A stretch of DNA of 11,486 nucleotides from Octopus sinensis. Taxonomy: Eukaryota. The notes beneath the pieces are model-generated. The model had not been told where the DNA came from. It worked only from the letters and a program-made list of their open reading frames with translations, and made no database searches. Below are positions 7,640 through 11,486 of the stretch, piece after piece. The position numbers were made by a program, and so were the translations under genes. Position 1 is the first letter of the stretch; every line of letters begins with the position of its first letter. The stretch covers positions 1-11,486 of the forward strand of contig NW_021827014.1 in the NCBI RefSeq assembly GCF_006345805.1, written 5' to 3'.

Positions 7640-8081
7640 AAAATATCAACTGGATTGTGGCTGGGTGATAACAGTTTTCTCAATGTAAACGCCCCGAGTT
7701 TCTGCCAAGGCCTCAAGATGGCTTCGGAACCTGGTGCACCTGTTCCTCACAGTGTTCTTGAGAGGTTCTTCGCACACATTTTTGATGTTGGTCACCATCT
7801 CGGCCTTAGTATTGCAGGCAGAGCTGCTGGCGTCTTTCTCAACGGCTCCCCCAACACACATAGTAATCAATACGGTTACAACCGGAGAGATTAAGAGACC
7901 AAGAATAGCGGGTAGTGAAGTCGAGGAAATTTTCTGACAACAGTTTGTGACTCTTTCCGGCTGTAGGGTAAAGATCTACACCGGTGGGGTAAAGATCCAC
8001 ATATAGGTTTCCAGCAGCAACCCTCTCAAGCCAAAGTTTGAACACGACATCCAGCAAATTCACATAGCCGTCCGAATTCAT
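7640..8081 (-). pseudogene. Second decayed DD37D (maT-type) transposase remnant, C-terminal part plus start of 3' UTR
   Basis: ORFs 7839-8081 and 7646-7870 join by a frameshift into NSDGYVNLLDVVFKLWLERVAAG..GKSHKLLSENFLDFTTRYSWSLNLSGCNRIDYYV/GAVEKDASSSACNTKAEMVTNIK..RFRSHLEALAETRGVYIE. It is homologous to 1505-1897 (7780-7819 vs 1802-1841: 32/40 identical by hand). G..I before D3 is 30 residues, which with the 7 seen in copy 1 gives a 37 spacing. Confidence 0.9.
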
Positions 8082-8210
8082 CGTTAATACTGTTCATGAG
8101 TTGTTGGATGAATTACGGTGTGCCGACGCAATCAAATCACTTTCTGTATCCTTTCCAGCTAATCCCGGCTCCGAAATCCCTGTTGCTGCTGCTCATCTCA
8201 CGCCATACAG

Positions 8211-8528
8211 TGAAGGCACATGGCCTAGTGGTTAGAGCAGCGGACTCGCGGTCGAGGGATCTCGGGTTCGAATCTCAGACCGGGCGATGTGTGTGTTTAT
8301 GAGCGAAACACCTCAACTCCACGCGGCTCCGGCAGAAGGTAATGGCGACACTTCTGCTGACTCTTTCGCCACAACTTCCTCTCACTCTTTCCTCCTGCAT
8401 CTTGCAGCTCACCTGCGACGGACCGGCGTCCCGTCCAGGTGGGGAACCTATACGCCAAGGAAACCGGGAAACCGGCCCTAAATGAGCCAGGTATGGCTCG
8501 AGAAGGAACAAACAAAACGAAAAAAAAA
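8211..8528 (+). mobile_element. Full-length tRNA-derived SINE, family 'A', with A-rich tail and 16-bp TSD
   Basis: A-box TGGCCTAGTGG at 8221-8231, B-box GTTCGAATC at 8266-8274, tail ACAAACAAAACGAAAAAAAAA. TSD ATCTCACGCCATACAG (8195-8210) vs ATCTCACGTCATACAG (8529-8544), 15/16 identical. Confidence 0.9.
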
Positions 8529-8829
8529 ATCTCACGTCATACAGCCTTTTCAGTGTTCACAGAACTTCGAGCAGCCGTCATGAAGTCGACATTTGATATC
8601 CAATAGGAAATCACGATACAGGCAACTCTTTTCATATATCCATAATGGCTCCATGTGTGCTAAATGTTTCTGAACTATAACTTTAATATCTATGCTCACC
8701 AACGCCGCTGACTTTTCACTAATACCACTAATACATCGAGCTCTTCACGGAGAACGGAGATATAGATAATCGTCATATCTATCTCGAAAAATGTATACTT
8801 GTATAAGCAGAAACTCCCAAGCAGAGAAC

Positions 8830-9000
8830 CACACATACGCCCAGACTCATACACATACAGACCCTAGGATTCATCAAAGAATTTACATACACGTACACAT
8901 CTACATTAACATATAAATCTACATAGACACATACATCAAAACATATGCACAAATCTGCTCATGTATACACACACACACGAGCACACACAAACACACACAA
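8830..9000. repeat. Degenerate CA/ACAT-rich simple repeat
   Basis: Directly visible. Confidence 0.8.
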
Positions 9001-9099
9001 TCAAATCTGTAATAGTTTTCTAAACATCATTCACCCATAATTATGCACATATATTTGCATATATTTATATTCAGACGTAAAGATATCCGTATGCCCCGT

Positions 9100-9143
9100 C
9101 CATTTATCTATCTACCTTTCTATCTATCTATCTATCTATCATC

Positions 9144-9209
<66 letters not shown>

Positions 9210-9370
9210 ATATCTGTCTGTCTGTCTGTCTATCTATCTATTTGCCTGTCTGCCTATATGTATATATGTCTATCTGTGTATATGTGTGTGTGTATGTCTG
9301 TCTGCTAGCCAGTCAGTCAGTCTGTATGCCTGTCTGTCAGTATGTCTCCCTGTCTACTTATTCGCCTGTC
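9100..9370. repeat. (TATC)n followed by (TGTC)n compound microsatellite
   Basis: Near-perfect (TATC)n at about 9145-9207. Confidence 0.95.
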
Positions 9371-9635
9371 TTTGAATATGTATGGCGTATAAGTGTATAG
9401 GAATATGTGTGCGTGTCTATGAGTATGGATCAGTCACTATTTAAATATCTATGCATCTATGTATCTCTTTATAGAAGTAAGTATGTATATACTCTCTCTC
9501 TCTCGCATATATATATAAGCATACTTACACGCACCCTAAGACACATACACACATTACATACATACGTCAGCACCGAGAACTCTTACGTAAATATATGTAA
9601 TGTATGTATGAGTCTGTATGGTTAATGATCTGTCG

Positions 9636-9639
<4 letters not shown>

Positions 9640-9690
<51 letters not shown>

Positions 9691-9982
9691 ATATAATATG
9701 AAAATAATATGATCGTATAATATTTGTTGTGTGTGTATATATATATATATATCTATATATATATATATATTGTACGTGTATATATATATCTATATCTACA
9801 TACATGCATAGACACACGCACACAACACACATACACACTCAACACATACGCACACATACACACACACACACACATATAATATATAATACATATATATATA
9901 TAGCTTGCGTGTTAAGATTAGAAAAACAGTGCTACAGAGTAGAGATAGATAGATAGATAGTAGATAGATAGATAGATAGACA
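9640..9982. repeat. (TA)n, (CA)n and (GATA)n microsatellite cluster
   Basis: (TA)n at about 9640-9695, CA-rich at 9810-9875, (GATA)n at about 9940-9980. Confidence 0.95.
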
Positions 9983-10363
9983 GGGAGAGAAATAGACAAA
10001 AATAGAGGGAAAGTGGAGAGAGAAATAGATACAGAAGGTGTGTCAAGAAATCAGTGTTTTTTTTCGTTCTTTCCTTCTTTCTTTGTTTCTTTCCTTTTTT
10101 TTTCCAATATGAATTCCGCCTATATATTTAAGTAGAGATATTGTGAAGAATTTTTCACCTCAGGAATTGAATTCATTTCTGGACGTGATTCGAAAATACA
10201 CGAAGGACTCATCTCTATGCGATTGACATATTTACATTGTTAACATGATCTAGTGCAAACACACACTCTACACTCCCCACACACACTCACAAACGCACGC
10301 ACACGCACGCACGCACCAAGGTATTGCGTACTTACACACAACCGATTATATATACTTATATAT

Positions 10364-10779
10364 GGCGGCGAGCTGGCAGAAACATTTGCGCGCCCGGGTG
10401 AAATGCTTAGCGGTATTTCGTCTTCCGTTACGTTCTGAGTTCAAATTCCGTCGAGGTCGACTTTGCCCTTCATCCTTTCGGGGTCGATTAAATAAGTACC
10501 AGTTACGCACTGGGGTCGATATAATCGACTTAATCCGTTTGTCTGTCCTTGTTTGTCCCCTATGTGTTTAACCCCTTGTGGTTAGTAAAGAAATAGGTAT
10601 TTCGTCTGCCGCTACGTTCTGAGTTCAAATTCCGCCGAGGTCCACTTTGCCTTTCATCCTTTCAGGGTCGATTAAATAAGTACCAGTTACGCACTGGGGT
10701 CGATATAATCGACTTAATCTGTTTGTCTGTCCTTGTTTGTCCTCGCTGTGTTTAGCCCCTTGTGGGTAGTAAGGAAATG
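10364..10779 (+). mobile_element. Dimeric SINE family 'B': 48-bp head plus two tandem 184-bp modules, with 16-bp TSD
   Basis: Head GGCGGCGAGCTGGCAGAAAC. Modules at 10412-10595 and 10596-10779, with B-boxes GTTCAAATTCC at 10439 and 10623. TSD TATATATACTTATATA at 10347-10362 and 10782-10797 (16/16). Confidence 0.9.
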
Positions 10780-10880
10780 GATATATATACTTATATACGT
10801 ACGTACATACATATACAGCTGTTCGACTGCGATGCAAACTTCATTACTAAACTCCTTCGTTACATATACTTATGTACGTA

Positions 10881-11401
10881 TACGGATATCCCTGTACGTA
10901 TACGGATATCCCTGTACGTATACGGATATACCTGTACGTATACGGATATCCATGTACGTATACGGATATCCATGTACGTATACGGATATCCCTGTACGTA
11001 TACGGATATCCCTGTACGTATACGGATATCCCTGTACGTATACGGATATCCCTGTACGTATACGGATATCCATGTACGTATACGGATATACATGTACGTA
11101 TACGGATATCCATGTACGTATACGGATATCCATGTATGTATACGGATATCCCTGTACGTATACGGATATCCCTGTACGTATACGGATATCCCTGTACGTA
11201 TACGGATATCCATGTACGTATACGGATATCCCTGTACGTATACGGATATCCCTGTACGTATACGGATATCCCTGTACGTATACGGATATCCCTGTACGTA
11301 TACGGATATCCCTGTACGTATACGGATATCCATGTACGTATACGGATATCCCTGTACGTATACGGATATCCATGTACGTATACGGATATTCCATGTACGT
11401 A
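10881..11401. repeat. 20-bp minisatellite, unit TACGGATATCC(C/A)TGTACGTA; 25 units of 20 bp plus one 21-bp unit
   Basis: Counted unit by unit: 25 units at 10881-11380 and a 26th with a 1-nt insertion at 11381-11401. No spacers. Confidence 0.98.
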
Positions 11402-11486
11402 TATGGATGTCATCATAGACTAACGCACATACACGCACATGCACACACATAACTCAGTGTATCACACACAACACTCTTTTAGATTT

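Noticed and set aside
8211-8290. Functional tRNA gene (also 140-214, 7103-7170 and the family-B heads)
   Set aside because: A- and B-boxes are present but I cannot form an acceptor stem. Each continues into a shared SINE body, and several have TSDs.
10151-10240. Acceptor TTTTTCACCTCAG|G at 10163 and a possible exon
   Set aside because: All frames hit stops within about 27 codons and there is no good donor.
10881-11401. CRISPR array
   Set aside because: The units are contiguous with no unique spacers, there are no cas genes, and the context is eukaryotic.
10733-11452. Six overlapping 174-239 aa ORFs with Tyr/Gly/Arg-rich repeats (possible structural or reflectin-like protein)
   Set aside because: They are a by-product of a stop-free 20-bp unit read in all frames on both strands. 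The longest starts at a TTG inside a SINE, and there is no reflectin M/FD(X)5MD motif.

Overview
Repeat-dense, AT-rich eukaryotic non-coding DNA (intron or intergenic). It is most likely from an octopus or other coleoid cephalopod; this is inferred from the SINE families, which I recall from octopus sequence, and the heavy TA/AAT/TATC microsatellite load, and was not database-checked. I find no intact protein-coding gene, and almost every ORF in the track is an artefact of simple repeats or transposon remnants. The window holds: (i) seven copies of three tRNA-derived SINE families, three with readable 16-19 bp target-site duplications (TSDs), including a dimeric SINE nested inside an older SINE; (ii) two decayed, oppositely oriented DD37D (maT-type) Tc1/mariner transposase remnants; (iii) a mariner 3' end, an RTE-like LINE fragment and a probable LINE 3' UTR sitting inside (AAT)n; (iv) an isolated 28-bp hairpin at 7331-7401; and (v) a homogeneous, CpG-rich, quasi-palindromic 20-bp minisatellite of 26 units at 10881-11401. 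The most follow-up-worthy items are the hairpin, the minisatellite and the dimeric SINE. I see no evidence of a multi-gene novel system.
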